From positions 321,008-385,007 of the forward strand of contig JACRMQ010000006.1 in the NCBI GenBank assembly GCA_016214905.1: a stretch of DNA of 64,000 nt. The letters are read 5' to 3'. This stretch comes from Ignavibacteriales bacterium (GTDB taxonomy: Bacteria; Bacteroidota; Ignavibacteria; UBA10030; SZUA-254). Below are positions 19,015-28,880 of the stretch, piece after piece. A model generated the notes under the pieces. It ran no database searches. It was not told the origin of the DNA and saw nothing but the letters and a program-made list of their open reading frames with translations. A program made the translations under genes and the position numbers. Within the stretch, counting starts at the first letter, position 1, and every line of letters begins with the position of its first letter.

Positions 19015-19997
19015 TAGATAGCAAGACAATCATTGAAAAAGGTAAGAACGTTATCCGCATCGAAGCAGAGGCGGTTGCTGAGTTGGAATCACACATCGAC
19101 GAAAACTTTGCAAAAGCGGTGGAAATTATTTGTGCCTCGAAAGGCAGAATTGTAGTTACAGGCATGGGTAAGTCCGGAATAGTCGCGCGTAAAATCGTAG
19201 CCACCCTGAATTCAACCGGAACTCCTGCAATGTATCTTCATCCGACGGATGCTGTCCATGGCGATTTCGGCATGGTCAGAAAAGAAGATGTAGTAGTTTG
19301 TATATCGAAAAGCGGTAATACACCCGAGCTTAAACCGCTCATTCCTCTTTTTAAGCGTGTGGGTGTTCCGCTGATATGCATGGTGGGCAATCTCAATTCA
19401 ATTTTATCTCAGCAGGCAGATATTATTCTGGATGTCGGTGTGAAAGAAGAGGCATGCCCTCACGATCTTGCTCCAACTTCATCTACAACCGCGACAATGG
19501 CGATGGGTGATGCTCTGGCTATTGCGCTTTTAGAGAAAAGAAATTTCACAGCCGAAGATTTCGCGCTTTATCATCCGGGCGGAAATTTGGGTAAACGACT
19601 TCTGCTCAAGATCGAAGAGATGATGGTCGCGGGTGATGCGGTTCCTATCGTCCATGCGAATGTTCCAACGCGCGATGCGATATTGGAAATGACGTCGAAG
19701 CGTTTGGGCGCCACATGTGTTGTAAACAACGAGGGTAAATTACTCGGTATCATTACCGATGGAGATTTACGTCGTCTTCTTCAACAAACTACCGATCTGA
19801 CTCATCTAACAGCCGAGATGATGATGAAAAAAAATCCCAAAACAATTTCGAAAAACATGCTGGCAGCAGTTGCGTTACAGGAAATGGAAGCACATAAAAT
19901 CACCCAACTGGTTGTCGTTGATGAAGATAACAAACCTGTGGGAATGATTCATCTGCACGATCTTGTTGAAGCGGGTTTGGGTGGAGAAAACCAGTAA
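19011..19997 (+). CDS. kdsD: Arabinose-5-phosphate isomerase (SIS domain + tandem CBS domains)
   Basis: 328 aa. SIS motifs (GRIVVTGMGKSG) and a C-terminal CBS pair. Overlaps the kdsC stop by 4 nt. Confidence 0.8.
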   Translation: MIDSKTIIEKGKNVIRIEAEAVAELESHIDENFAKAVEIICASKGRIVVTGMGKSGIVARKIVATLNSTGTPAMYLHPTDAVHGDFGMVRKEDVVVCISKSGNTPELKPLIPLFKRVGVPLICMVGNLNSILSQQADIILDVGVKEEACPHDLAPTSSTTATMAMGDALAIALLEKRNFTAEDFALYHPGGNLGKRLLLKIEEMMVAGDAVPIVHANVPTRDAILEMTSKRLGATCVVNNEGKLLGIITDGDLRRLLQQTTDLTHLTAEMMMKKNPKTISKNMLAAVALQEMEAHKITQLVVVDEDNKPVGMIHLHDLVEAGLGGENQ

Positions 19998-20000
19998 TCA

Positions 20001-20588
20001 ATGCAAAAGGAAAAAATCAAAATTAAAAAATTATATCTTCTCAATCCTTTCGCCACATTGTTTGTTGTGTTAATTCTAATTTCTTTCATTATTTATGGTT
20101 GCGAATCAAAAGTTAAACCACCTATCACACCAGTTGGATTAGGTTATGATGTACCAAGTCAGGAAAGCTGGAACGCGAATATAACATTCACAGATTCCGG
20201 GAAGGTGACGGGGAAACTGCGCGCAGGTCATATCCGTATGTACTCCGATAGAAAAACCACAGAACTCGATTCATTGGTCATTGTCGACTTTTTCGATGAT
20301 CAACAACACCATACATCAATCTTGACCGCAGAGCGGGGAACCGTGAACGATATTACGCATGACTTCGAGGTCCATGAAGATGTTGTGGTTAAATCCGATA
20401 GTGGAACGGTGCTTCGAACCGAACATCTGTATTGGTCTAACACTACACAAAAAGTTCATACTAACGCGTATGTTGAGATTACCTCACCTACCGAACAGAT
20501 ACAGGGACACGGTTTCGAATCAGATAAGAGTTTAAAGCATTACACAATTTTTAAAGTAACCGGCAAAGCCAAGACGAATGAAAAATAA
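20001..20588 (+). CDS. lptC: LptC-like LPS export periplasmic protein
   Basis: 195 aa with a single N-terminal TM anchor followed by an LptC/OstA-fold-like region. Its position between kdsD and lptA matches the conserved operon order. Confidence 0.55.
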   Translation: MQKEKIKIKKLYLLNPFATLFVVLILISFIIYGCESKVKPPITPVGLGYDVPSQESWNANITFTDSGKVTGKLRAGHIRMYSDRKTTELDSLVIVDFFDDQQHHTSILTAERGTVNDITHDFEVHEDVVVKSDSGTVLRTEHLYWSNTTQKVHTNAYVEITSPTEQIQGHGFESDKSLKHYTIFKVTGKAKTNEK

Positions 20589-21825
20589 TATTTCTCCGTT
20601 TTTTATCATCACCATAATTTTAAGTTTCTTCGCTCATGTTCGATCGCAGGAAAAAGACAGCGTTGTGGTTATTGAACATGCCGATAGTCTGGTGGGAACA
20701 GAGATCAATGGAGAGAAAGCCCGTCAACTTATCGGCAATGTAAAATTGAGACACGGTTCAACTGTTGTAACATGCGACCGCGCAATTCAATATTTATCGT
20801 CGAACAAATTTGAGATGGAAGGGGTTGTTCAGATAAAAGATGATACGATGCGGCTTGTTGGGATGCGCGGCGCGTATTATCAGAAGGAGAAAGTCGGAGA
20901 GATGTTTGATCGGGTATTGCTTGAAGATCCTACAACACATTTGCAGGCATCGTATGGTAAATATTTTGCAGAAGAAAAGAAAGCATATTTCAGGGGAAAC
21001 GTTTATGTTGAAGATACTTCTTCTGTTTTAACATCGGATGAGCTTACATATTATCGTTCGGCTGAAAAATCTGTTGCGGATGGGAATGTAAAAATTAACA
21101 ATCGACGAAACCGTTTAACGATATTCGGAACTCATTTCGAGAATGATAAGAAAAGACAATACAGCAAGATGACCGGAAATCCGCGACTGATTCAGATCGA
21201 CACAACATCGAAAGGCGAAACCGATACACTGATTGTAACCGCATCAACGCTCGAATCGTATCAGGACAGCGTTGAGCGGCTTATCGCCACCGATAGCGTT
21301 CGTATCACTCGCGGCACTGTTTCGGGCGAGGCAGGATTGACGCTATATTTTACAGAAGCCGATAGTATTTTCATGACAAGAGCACCCTGCATTTGGTATG
21401 AAACCGGAAAGAATGAAGACAACCAGATTACAGGCGAGTCGATATTTCTGAAGTTAAAGAAGAGGAAATTAGAGACGGCGTATGTGCGCGGAAGGGCAGT
21501 GGCAATCTCCCGTGCCGATACCGTTTATACCGAAAGATTTAATCAAATGACCGGGCAGGAAATTATTCTTCGGTTCGTCGATGATAAAGTGAATCGAATC
21601 AATGTTATCACAACAGCCACAAGTTTGTATTATCTTTTCGATAACGGTAAACCAAACGGGATGAATGTAACAACGGGAGATGAAATCATTGTGCTCTTTA
21701 AAGAAGGTAAGATAGATAAGATAAAAGCATTATCCGGTGTCGAAGGGAAATATTATCCGGAGAAAATGATCAAAGGAAATGAAGCAGACTACAACCTGCC
21801 AGAATTCAATTGGAAAAAGAAATGA
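20578..21825 (+). CDS. lptA: LptA/OstA-N-like periplasmic protein (duplicated OstA_N fold)
   Basis: 415 aa with signal peptide. OstA-N-like beta-jellyroll segments occur twice. It sits in the lptC-lptA-lptB position. Confidence 0.55.
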   Translation: MKNNISPFFIITIILSFFAHVRSQEKDSVVVIEHADSLVGTEINGEKARQLIGNVKLRHGSTVVTCDRAIQYLSSNKFEMEGVVQIKDDTMRLVGMRGAYYQKEKVGEMFDRVLLEDPTTHLQASYGKYFAEEKKAYFRGNVYVEDTSSVLTSDELTYYRSAEKSVADGNVKINNRRNRLTIFGTHFENDKKRQYSKMTGNPRLIQIDTTSKGETDTLIVTASTLESYQDSVERLIATDSVRITRGTVSGEAGLTLYFTEADSIFMTRAPCIWYETGKNEDNQITGESIFLKLKKRKLETAYVRGRAVAISRADTVYTERFNQMTGQEIILRFVDDKVNRINVITTATSLYYLFDNGKPNGMNVTTGDEIIVLFKEGKIDKIKALSGVEGKYYPEKMIKGNEADYNLPEFNWKKK

Positions 21826-21875
21826 ATTCTCCCGATATTTTTAACATCGTGAAATAAACTGTATATTATCCGATA

Positions 21876-22664
21876 ATGAATCAGCAAATTGAAAATACTC
21901 CCGAAACTCAACCACGAGACGTTATGAACGGAAGCGTCTTGCGATCCGAGGGGCTTTTCAAACGTTACAAGAAACGGTACGTTGTTAATAATGTAAATGT
22001 TGAAGTGCGTCAGGGTGAAGTGGTGGGCTTGCTTGGTCCCAATGGCGCGGGGAAAACTACAACATTCTATATGATCGTCGGGATGATAAAGCCGACAGAT
22101 GGAAAAGTGTTTTACAACGGTTCAGAGATTACATCGGAGCCGATGTACAAGCGCGCGAGAATGGGTATTGGATATCTTTCGCAGGAAGCATCGGTCTTCA
22201 GAAAATTATCGGTGCAGGATAATATCACTGCCGTGCTCGAGTTAATGGGTATCGGTAAGAAAGAACGGGAAGAAAGATGTCAGCAACTGATTGACGATTT
22301 TGGATTGAACAATATTGCCAAAAGCAAAGGTTATATGTTATCGGGCGGAGAGAGGCGCAGGACCGAAATTGCACGCGCTCTGGCAACAAAACCGAAATTT
22401 ATTTTGTTAGACGAACCATTTGCCGGTATCGATCCGATAGCAGTTGAAGATATTATGCGCATCGTTCAGGGTTTGAAGAACCGCGGCATCGGAGTTCTCG
22501 TCACCGATCATAATGTTCACGAAACGCTTTCAATAACCGACCGCTCGTATTTGTTATTCGAGGGAAAGATAATAAAATCAGGATCGGCAGAAACACTTGC
22601 CAACGATCCCGAAGCGCGGAGATTGTATCTGGGCGAAAAGTTTAAGCTTGATAGGTACGAATAA
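21876..22664 (+). CDS. lptB: LPS export ABC transporter ATP-binding protein
   Basis: 262 aa. Walker [13 protein letters not shown] signature LSGGERRR, Walker [12 protein letters not shown]. Confidence 0.8.
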   Translation: MNQQIENTPETQPRDVMNGSVLRSEGLFKRYKKRYVVNNVNVEVRQGEVVGLLGPNGAGKTTTFYMIVGMIKPTDGKVFYNGSEITSEPMYKRARMGIGYLSQEASVFRKLSVQDNITAVLELMGIGKKEREERCQQLIDDFGLNNIAKSKGYMLSGGERRRTEIARALATKPKFILLDEPFAGIDPIAVEDIMRIVQGLKNRGIGVLVTDHNVHETLSITDRSYLLFEGKIIKSGSAETLANDPEARRLYLGEKFKLDRYE

Positions 22665-22743
22665 ACTAAAATTTGTTGTTAATAGAGTGGTCTAATCACA
22701 ACAAATTGACACACAAACGAAAACACTTTCAAAATACTTCGTT

Positions 22744-24300
22744 TTAAAACACACCAAACAAAAGTTGACTTATCACCACAAGAACGAATATGGTGATTAT
22801 CCAACCCAAAATATCTAAAACAAAACCGGCTTTAATCATATCTTTCAACTTGACGTAACCAGTACCGTACACAAGCGCGTTCGGAGGCGTGGCAACAGGA
22901 AGCATAAACCCCATCGATGATGCCACGGCTACGGCAATTGAAAGAGCAACGGGATTTTCTCCGGTAGTCAGCGCAATCGAAATGACAATCGGGACCATCA
23001 TCGATGTTACAGCCGTATTGGATGTAACTTCGGTCAGGAAATCTATTAAAAATATAATTATTATCATCAGTAAAAGAGTTGATGGTGTCCCGAAAATTCC
23101 GATAAATGAGGTTGCTATCCATGTGGCAAGTCCGGTTTTAAACATCGCATCCGAAAGCGCTATACCTCCGCCAAATAATATCAATGTTCCCCAATCAACA
23201 AATTTTGTATCGTGCCATTCGAGAAGGAACTGTCCTTCTTTCAATTTTACGGGAATCAAGAAAAGAAGAACGCCGCAGAATAATCCAATCAAATACTCGT
23301 CTAACCAGAGCAACTGTGTTTGCAGCCATACCGGAAATATGTACTTCCAAAAAGGATTTGAAATCCAGAGAAATACTGCCAGCAAAACAACGGCAATGGT
23401 TCGTTTCTCGCCGGAGGAAAGTTTCCCGAGTAACGATTGTTCTTTCCGGAGTTGCTCTTTCCCTCCTGCGAGTTTATCAATTTCGGCGGGAAATATTTTT
23501 ATGAGTACGAACCATGCTACCGGTATTGCCAGAATAACATAAGGGATACCAAATTTCATCCAATCCAAAAATGATATTTGTCTGTATCCGGGATCGTTCG
23601 CGAACGTTGAATTGAGAATCGCGAGCGCGATCCCATTCGGTGGTGTGCCAATGACTGTACCAACACCACCGATGGAAGCAGACCATGCAATTCCCAGCAT
23701 GAGTGATGTCCCGAATCGTGACTCGCCCGGTTTCACACCGATAAACGAAAGGACACCCAATCCTAACGGAAGCATCATCGCGGCGGTCGCGGTATTCGAA
23801 ATCCACATCGATATGAATGCTGTCGTAATCATGATACCGAGCAATATGCTTTTTGTATTGTCAGCGAGATTTCCACGGGTGAGGATATATAACGTAAGTC
23901 GTCTGTCCAATTTCCATTTTTGCATAGCACCTGCAAGGAGGAATCCGCCAAGGAAAAGATAAATAACAGGATTCGCGTAATTAAGCAATGTGCGAAGAAA
24001 ATTGAATTCATAGAGGTTATCGCCATGCAAGCCGGTGATTTTTAAAATTGGAAATAATACAGCGGGCAGCAGTGCCGTGGCGGGGATTGGTATTGGCTCT
24101 GTTATCCACCAAATTATCATCAGAGTAAGAACAGCGAGAACCGATTGCATTGATCTGGCGAGTAATTGTGGATCGAGAAATATTTGCTGTTCTGCTATGA
24201 GTCGTTGGCCTGTCGTCAGAAATATATCTAGTGTAGGTAAAATAAGTATGATGATGAACGATAAGATACCTAAAATGAATCCGACCGATTTAGTGTTCAT
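22744..24300 (-). CDS. SLC13/DASS family divalent-anion:Na+ symporter-like permease
   Basis: 518 aa, polytopic, with the duplicated hairpin architecture typical of DASS/citrate-sulfate transporters. Confidence 0.6.
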   Translation of the reverse strand: MNTKSVGFILGILSFIIILILPTLDIFLTTGQRLIAEQQIFLDPQLLARSMQSVLAVLTLMIIWWITEPIPIPATALLPAVLFPILKITGLHGDNLYEFNFLRTLLNYANPVIYLFLGGFLLAGAMQKWKLDRRLTLYILTRGNLADNTKSILLGIMITTAFISMWISNTATAAMMLPLGLGVLSFIGVKPGESRFGTSLMLGIAWSASIGGVGTVIGTPPNGIALAILNSTFANDPGYRQISFLDWMKFGIPYVILAIPVAWFVLIKIFPAEIDKLAGGKEQLRKEQSLLGKLSSGEKRTIAVVLLAVFLWISNPFWKYIFPVWLQTQLLWLDEYLIGLFCGVLLFLIPVKLKEGQFLLEWHDTKFVDWGTLILFGGGIALSDAMFKTGLATWIATSFIGIFGTPSTLLLMIIIIFLIDFLTEVTSNTAVTSMMVPIVISIALTTGENPVALSIAVAVASSMGFMLPVATPPNALVYGTGYVKLKDMIKAGFVLDILGWIITIFVLVVISQLLFGVF

Positions 24301-24362
24301 TTTATTTTATTAGAAATTAAATTCGAAATTCTCATGCCGGTCAAAAATATCTGGAATGAATA

Positions 24363-24917
24363 TTATTTAACTTCAATTATTTCCAGCAAATCAACAAGCA
24401 TGGCACTCGGAATATATCCACCTGAACTCATCGATAGAACTAATTTAGAATTTGCCGGACAATACAGGATAGATTCAGATCTATATGATTTCCAGATTGT
24501 ATCCGATATGACTACAAAAATATAATTTTTTGGATTCTCCGGAATGAAAACCTCAGGTACTGCCTCTAATTCTACAACCCCACCGATTTCTAGATTTTTC
24601 CCCCAACATCGTAATACCAACTTTCTATCATGACTGCTTGATGGAAGCTGATAAGATGTATGTGGAACAAGACAACCACCGGAAACATAGGCGGATTGTT
24701 TTCCGCCGAAACGAGGTGCATCGTTTCTAAATTCCATCCAACCCTTCCAACCGATTGTGTCGGACGATGATTCAAAGGAATTGAAATAAATTCTATTCTC
24801 CGGTGATGGAAGTAACTCTATGGGTTGCTGCATCCAATCACATCCGCGAAGGAACGATAACAGAGATAAAAAGCTAATTGTGACTATTGAGTTTATCCAA
24901 ATCATATATACCTCCAT
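24363..24917 (-). CDS. Hypothetical exported protein
   Basis: 184 aa with N-terminal hydrophobic signal MEVYMIWINSIVTISFLSLLSFL. No recognisable domain. Confidence 0.4.
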   Translation of the reverse strand: MEVYMIWINSIVTISFLSLLSFLRGCDWMQQPIELLPSPENRIYFNSFESSSDTIGWKGWMEFRNDAPRFGGKQSAYVSGGCLVPHTSYQLPSSSHDRKLVLRCWGKNLEIGGVVELEAVPEVFIPENPKNYIFVVISDTIWKSYRSESILYCPANSKLVLSMSSGGYIPSAMLVDLLEIIEVK

Positions 24918-24990
24918 GATGTAGATAATTTAGTTTGAATATTGATTAAGGAGCATCAATTCTAATTCCAATTCCTTATATGACCTTAAT

Positions 24991-26403
24991 TTATTTATCT
25001 CCTGATTTAAAAACAACCCATGGCTGAGAGGGTCGATCTTTAATAAGTCCACTCATCCAACCGAATTGCGGATGCACTTCCAGATATTTTTTTGCATCAA
25101 ATGGAGTTCCGCAAGAAGAACCCCATCTGCCAGCAAACGACATTTCTTTAGCTATAGTCGCATCTAAAACTTTTCCGTCAATTGAGCCACCGGCATCGTA
25201 CGGAGTACCGTCGCTGGAGTATCGCGGATCGAGTTCATCATGTCCGCATAGAGAGCGCCCGCCGGGATTATTCATCTTCAAATATGTGTCGAAATGATCG
25301 GCTTCAAACAGTTTCGCAGTTTCGAGATTGATTTTTCCTTTATACTCTTTCATAAGTTGATTCCATCTGACTCGCCGAGCAATTGATGAATATTTTATGT
25401 TCGTATTATCGGCGTGTGTTTCGAAGCGGAGAAGTTTTAAATCTTCCGCGATATTTGATCCGGTGAAATATCCATCGGTCTTCTTCTCAAATCCAACACA
25501 TTTCAAACCGAGTTCCAAGCGGGCAATTTCATTTGTCTTAATATCGCCGAGCAGCCATGCATTCGCGTAGCCGCCATTGTTATTATTCTTCATGATCTCA
25601 CACCACTCTTCTATGTTGTTTGCATACTGAGTCGCGTGTCTCATGCGGGAAAATTCAGGAACTCCGCTGGTATCGAAAGGAAAGAATCCGCCTATCGTAG
25701 TTTCAGATCCTACAAGTCCGGCATCTGTGACAAAAAAATCTGTCCCGCTGTGAATCCAGCCGGTGAAGGTTTGCATTAATATTCTATGTCCGCTATCGGG
25801 AAGAATGTCGAGAACAATATTGCAATCTGATTCAGGGAAACCGACCATAGAATTATGTCCAAGCACAATTTTGCCATCGATTGTCATACTACCAGTCGCA
25901 ATAAAAGAACTGCACGATTGTTTTTTCGGTTCAACGGCATTTGGGCTGATTGAATCTTTTACTGTTGGCCACCAATACCATGCCAGTTCAAAAAAGCCGT
26001 TCAGCGTAATCAATTCATCCCGCGTGACAAAATATTTTGCGGCTTTCATGCCATCAACCATACCATTAATTTCATCAACAAGTTCGGAATCAACTTTTGG
26101 TGTGAACATTTCACCAGCTTTTCGAACGAGCCACAACCAATCCATCGCGGTTTGATAGTTCCAGACTTTTACGCGAGTTTGAATCGCCTCATTAATTTCC
26201 TTCGCAAGAAGATAACCATGCTGGAAACCACGCTCCTGCGCGTTACCTTCCAGATGAAGATATATCCATCCGGCTTTTTCTGTGCGGAATGATTTTGTAA
26301 GCCATAACTTCTGTTCAGCCGAAAGTGAATCTGATTGTTGTGCAAGAATGTAAAAAGGTATTGTTAATGTAAAGATTATTGTAAGTGCAATATATTTTTT
26401 CAT
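24991..26403 (-). CDS. Secreted C45-family Ntn hydrolase (acyl-CoA:6-APA acyltransferase-like / autoproteolytic)
   Basis: 470 aa with signal peptide. The N-terminal HLEGNAQERGFQHGYLLAKEI resembles the C45 N-terminal block. The Cys nucleophile context is KKQSCSSFIATG…GHNSM. Confidence 0.5.
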   Translation of the reverse strand: MKKYIALTIIFTLTIPFYILAQQSDSLSAEQKLWLTKSFRTEKAGWIYLHLEGNAQERGFQHGYLLAKEINEAIQTRVKVWNYQTAMDWLWLVRKAGEMFTPKVDSELVDEINGMVDGMKAAKYFVTRDELITLNGFFELAWYWWPTVKDSISPNAVEPKKQSCSSFIATGSMTIDGKIVLGHNSMVGFPESDCNIVLDILPDSGHRILMQTFTGWIHSGTDFFVTDAGLVGSETTIGGFFPFDTSGVPEFSRMRHATQYANNIEEWCEIMKNNNNGGYANAWLLGDIKTNEIARLELGLKCVGFEKKTDGYFTGSNIAEDLKLLRFETHADNTNIKYSSIARRVRWNQLMKEYKGKINLETAKLFEADHFDTYLKMNNPGGRSLCGHDELDPRYSSDGTPYDAGGSIDGKVLDATIAKEMSFAGRWGSSCGTPFDAKKYLEVHPQFGWMSGLIKDRPSQPWVVFKSGDK

Positions 26404-26419
26404 ATAATCCTTAACAAAA

Positions 26420-27784
26420 TTATTTTATCCAAACTGTTTTGATATTCACAAATTCTCGTATTCCAAAAGCACTTAATTCGCGCCCGTATCCGGAGTTCTT
26501 CACTCCTCCAAACGGTAATCGGGGATCGGAAACAACCATTCCGTTTATGAATACCGATCCGGTTTGAAGCTCATCGATGAATTGCTGTTTTTCTGAAGCG
26601 ATTTTAGTCCATGCGCTCGCTCCCAAACCGAACGGTGAATCGTTTGCGAGTTTTATTGCTTCATTTATGTTATTCACTTTGAATAATGAAGCAACCGGAC
26701 CGAATAATTCTTGTGAATGTGCCGGCGAATCTTTCGGAATATTCGTGATGATAGTAGGCTCATAATAATTTCCGGGTCTGTCTATGCGATGACCACCCGT
26801 AAGAATACGCGCGCCCATTTTAACGCTCGTATCAACTTGTTCTTCCAGTTCATTTAAAAGAGCAGGTGTCGCGAGGGGACCGATATCGCAATCATCTAAC
26901 ATAGGATCGGATACTTTTAATTTTTCCGTCTCTTCGATAAAAAGAGATGTGAATTCTTTGTAAATTTTATTGTGCACAATGAACCGCTTTGCAGCTATGC
27001 AAGATTGTCCGTTATTAATTGTCCTGGCTCTCACTGCGATTCTTGCTGCTTCCTCGATATTCGAGCTCGGCATTACAATAAAAGGATCGCTTCCGCCTAA
27101 TTCAAGAACCGTTTTCTTGATTGCTTTACCGGCAATGCTCGCAACTGAACGACCTGCCGGTTCGCTGCCTGTTAATGTTATAGCTTTAATTCTATCATCT
27201 TCAATTATTCTTGAAACTTTATCGGAACCGATCAGGAGTGATTGAAAAGTTTCATCCGGAAAGCCCGCTCGCCTGAAAATATCTTCTATTGCGAGCGCGC
27301 ATTGAGGCACATTTGATGCATGTTTAAGTAATCCAACATTTCCCGCCATCAGGGCAGGTGCCGCAAATCGGAACACTTGCCAAAAAGGAAAATTCCATGG
27401 CATTACTGCGAGTATAATTCCAAGTGGTTGATATTTTATGTAACTTTTCGATGCGGTAGTTTGCACTAATTCATCGGCTAAAAAATGTTCCGCCTTCTCT
27501 GCGTAATATCTGCATACCCAGGCGCATTTTGCCGCTTCTTCGGCTGCCGACCATAATGGCTTACCCATTTCGGTTGTCATAATTCCACCGAATATGGTTT
27601 TCTCTTCTTCAAGAATATCGGCGGCTTTGTTCATCATCGCGGTACGTTCTTGAAAAGATATATTTTTATATTTCTGGAAAATATTTTCGGCGAGAGATAT
27701 CTTAACCTCTAACTCCTCGGGAGAAAGTGGATTGAAAGTTTTTAGAATTTCACCGGTTGCAGGATTGATCGATATTATTGACAT
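26420..27784 (-). CDS. NAD(P)-dependent aldehyde dehydrogenase (succinate-semialdehyde dehydrogenase-like)
   Basis: 454 aa. ALDH catalytic motifs ELGGSDP and IAAKRF-type Cys region (QSCIAAKR). Confidence 0.75.
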   Translation of the reverse strand: MSIISINPATGEILKTFNPLSPEELEVKISLAENIFQKYKNISFQERTAMMNKAADILEEEKTIFGGIMTTEMGKPLWSAAEEAAKCAWVCRYYAEKAEHFLADELVQTTASKSYIKYQPLGIILAVMPWNFPFWQVFRFAAPALMAGNVGLLKHASNVPQCALAIEDIFRRAGFPDETFQSLLIGSDKVSRIIEDDRIKAITLTGSEPAGRSVASIAGKAIKKTVLELGGSDPFIVMPSSNIEEAARIAVRARTINNGQSCIAAKRFIVHNKIYKEFTSLFIEETEKLKVSDPMLDDCDIGPLATPALLNELEEQVDTSVKMGARILTGGHRIDRPGNYYEPTIITNIPKDSPAHSQELFGPVASLFKVNNINEAIKLANDSPFGLGASAWTKIASEKQQFIDELQTGSVFINGMVVSDPRLPFGGVKNSGYGRELSAFGIREFVNIKTVWIK

Positions 27785-27838
27785 GGGATCAATTAAAAGT
27801 TAAAAATTAAAAGATAAAAGTAAAATTAAAAATATAAT

Positions 27839-28210
27839 TTAAGTGGATGAAAGCACGAAAATATTTCCTTCGGAATCGACAAACTGGGCATAAGTTCCCC
27901 AAGGTGCAGTAGTGGGGGGGACTTTAAATTCAACGCCGCGTAATTTTAATTCCTCATATGTAGTATTCACATCCGCGCACGTAAATGCCATGTTCATGGA
28001 AGTGCCGATCCGGTTTTCGTGACCCGTCGGAGTGAATAATACTACTTTAGTCTCAGATTTGCCTACCTGCATTTCGATCCATCGTGAATCATCGTTGAAT
28101 TTCTGATCTGTAATTAACGTGAACCCCAATTTTTCCGAGTAAAACTTTAGAGCCCTGTCATAATCCGAAACCGGTACACTTATAAATTTCACATGACTAA
28201 TCATAATCAT
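27839..28210 (-). CDS. VOC (glyoxalase/bleomycin-resistance) family protein
   Basis: 123 aa. The beta-alpha-beta-beta-beta VOC pattern (HVKFISVPVSDYDRALKFY…GFT…) is present. Confidence 0.6.
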   Translation of the reverse strand: MIMISHVKFISVPVSDYDRALKFYSEKLGFTLITDQKFNDDSRWIEMQVGKSETKVVLFTPTGHENRIGTSMNMAFTCADVNTTYEELKLRGVEFKVPPTTAPWGTYAQFVDSEGNIFVLSST

Positions 28211-28258
28211 CCTTTAATAACTTGAATCATTCCAACAATCCATTACTCGGCTATTCAT

Positions 28259-28786
28259 TCACTTGCCGGGTTTCTTCAGGAATTCTTTGTAGTCAACTTT
28301 CTCGAGTTCATGTATATTTTGCTCTACTTTTTTCTTTAAAGATTTTTTAAATTCTTTCAGTTTGACTGCAACTTTAGAATCGCAATGTGCGATAATTTGT
28401 GCGGCTAGTATGGCGGCATTTTGCGCTCCGTTCAATGCTACAGTTGCAACCGGAATTCCCGACGGCATCTGTAAGATCGATAATATCGAATCCCAACCAT
28501 CGATAGAATTCGTCGATTTGATCGGAACACCGATTATGGGCAGGGTGGTCATAGATGCGATGACACCGGGCAAATGTGCTGCACCTCCTGCGCCCGCGAT
28601 GATTGCTTTGATCCCGCGCTTCTGAGCGGTCGTTGCATATTGAGCGGCACGTTCCGGTGTGCGGTGAGCCGACGCGATTGTAATTTCGAACGGGATCCCG
28701 AAATTTTCCAGCATTTCCGCGGCTTCTGCCATTATCGGCAAATCCGATTTACTCCCCATTATAATTCCAATAAGTGGTTTTTTCAT
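28259..28786 (-). CDS. purE: N5-carboxyaminoimidazole ribonucleotide mutase
   Basis: 175 aa. IGIIMGSKSDLPIMAEAA…ASAHRTPER…VIIAGAGGAAHLPG. Confidence 0.85.
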   Translation of the reverse strand: MKKPLIGIIMGSKSDLPIMAEAAEMLENFGIPFEITIASAHRTPERAAQYATTAQKRGIKAIIAGAGGAAHLPGVIASMTTLPIIGVPIKSTNSIDGWDSILSILQMPSGIPVATVALNGAQNAAILAAQIIAHCDSKVAVKLKEFKKSLKKKVEQNIHELEKVDYKEFLKKPGK

Positions 28787-28880
28787 CTCTTCTCCTTGAT
28801 AATTTAAATTGTTCCTCGTGCCAATTTAAGAAGAATGAGTTTAACAATCAAACATCAACGGTCAATTAATATTGACATAA

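Noticed and set aside
22668-22720. Palindrome TTTGTTGT…ACAACAAA between convergent lptB and the SLC13 gene
   Set aside because: The stem is AT-only, the loop is long (18 nt) and there is no flanking T-run. It is plausible as a bidirectional terminator, but the support is weak.
22832-24313. Several 90-217-aa ORFs antisense to, or out of frame with, the SLC13 permease gene
   Set aside because: They overlap a 518-aa polytopic transporter ORF whose hydrophobic periodicity is convincing. The alternatives have low-complexity, Arg/Ser-rich translations.
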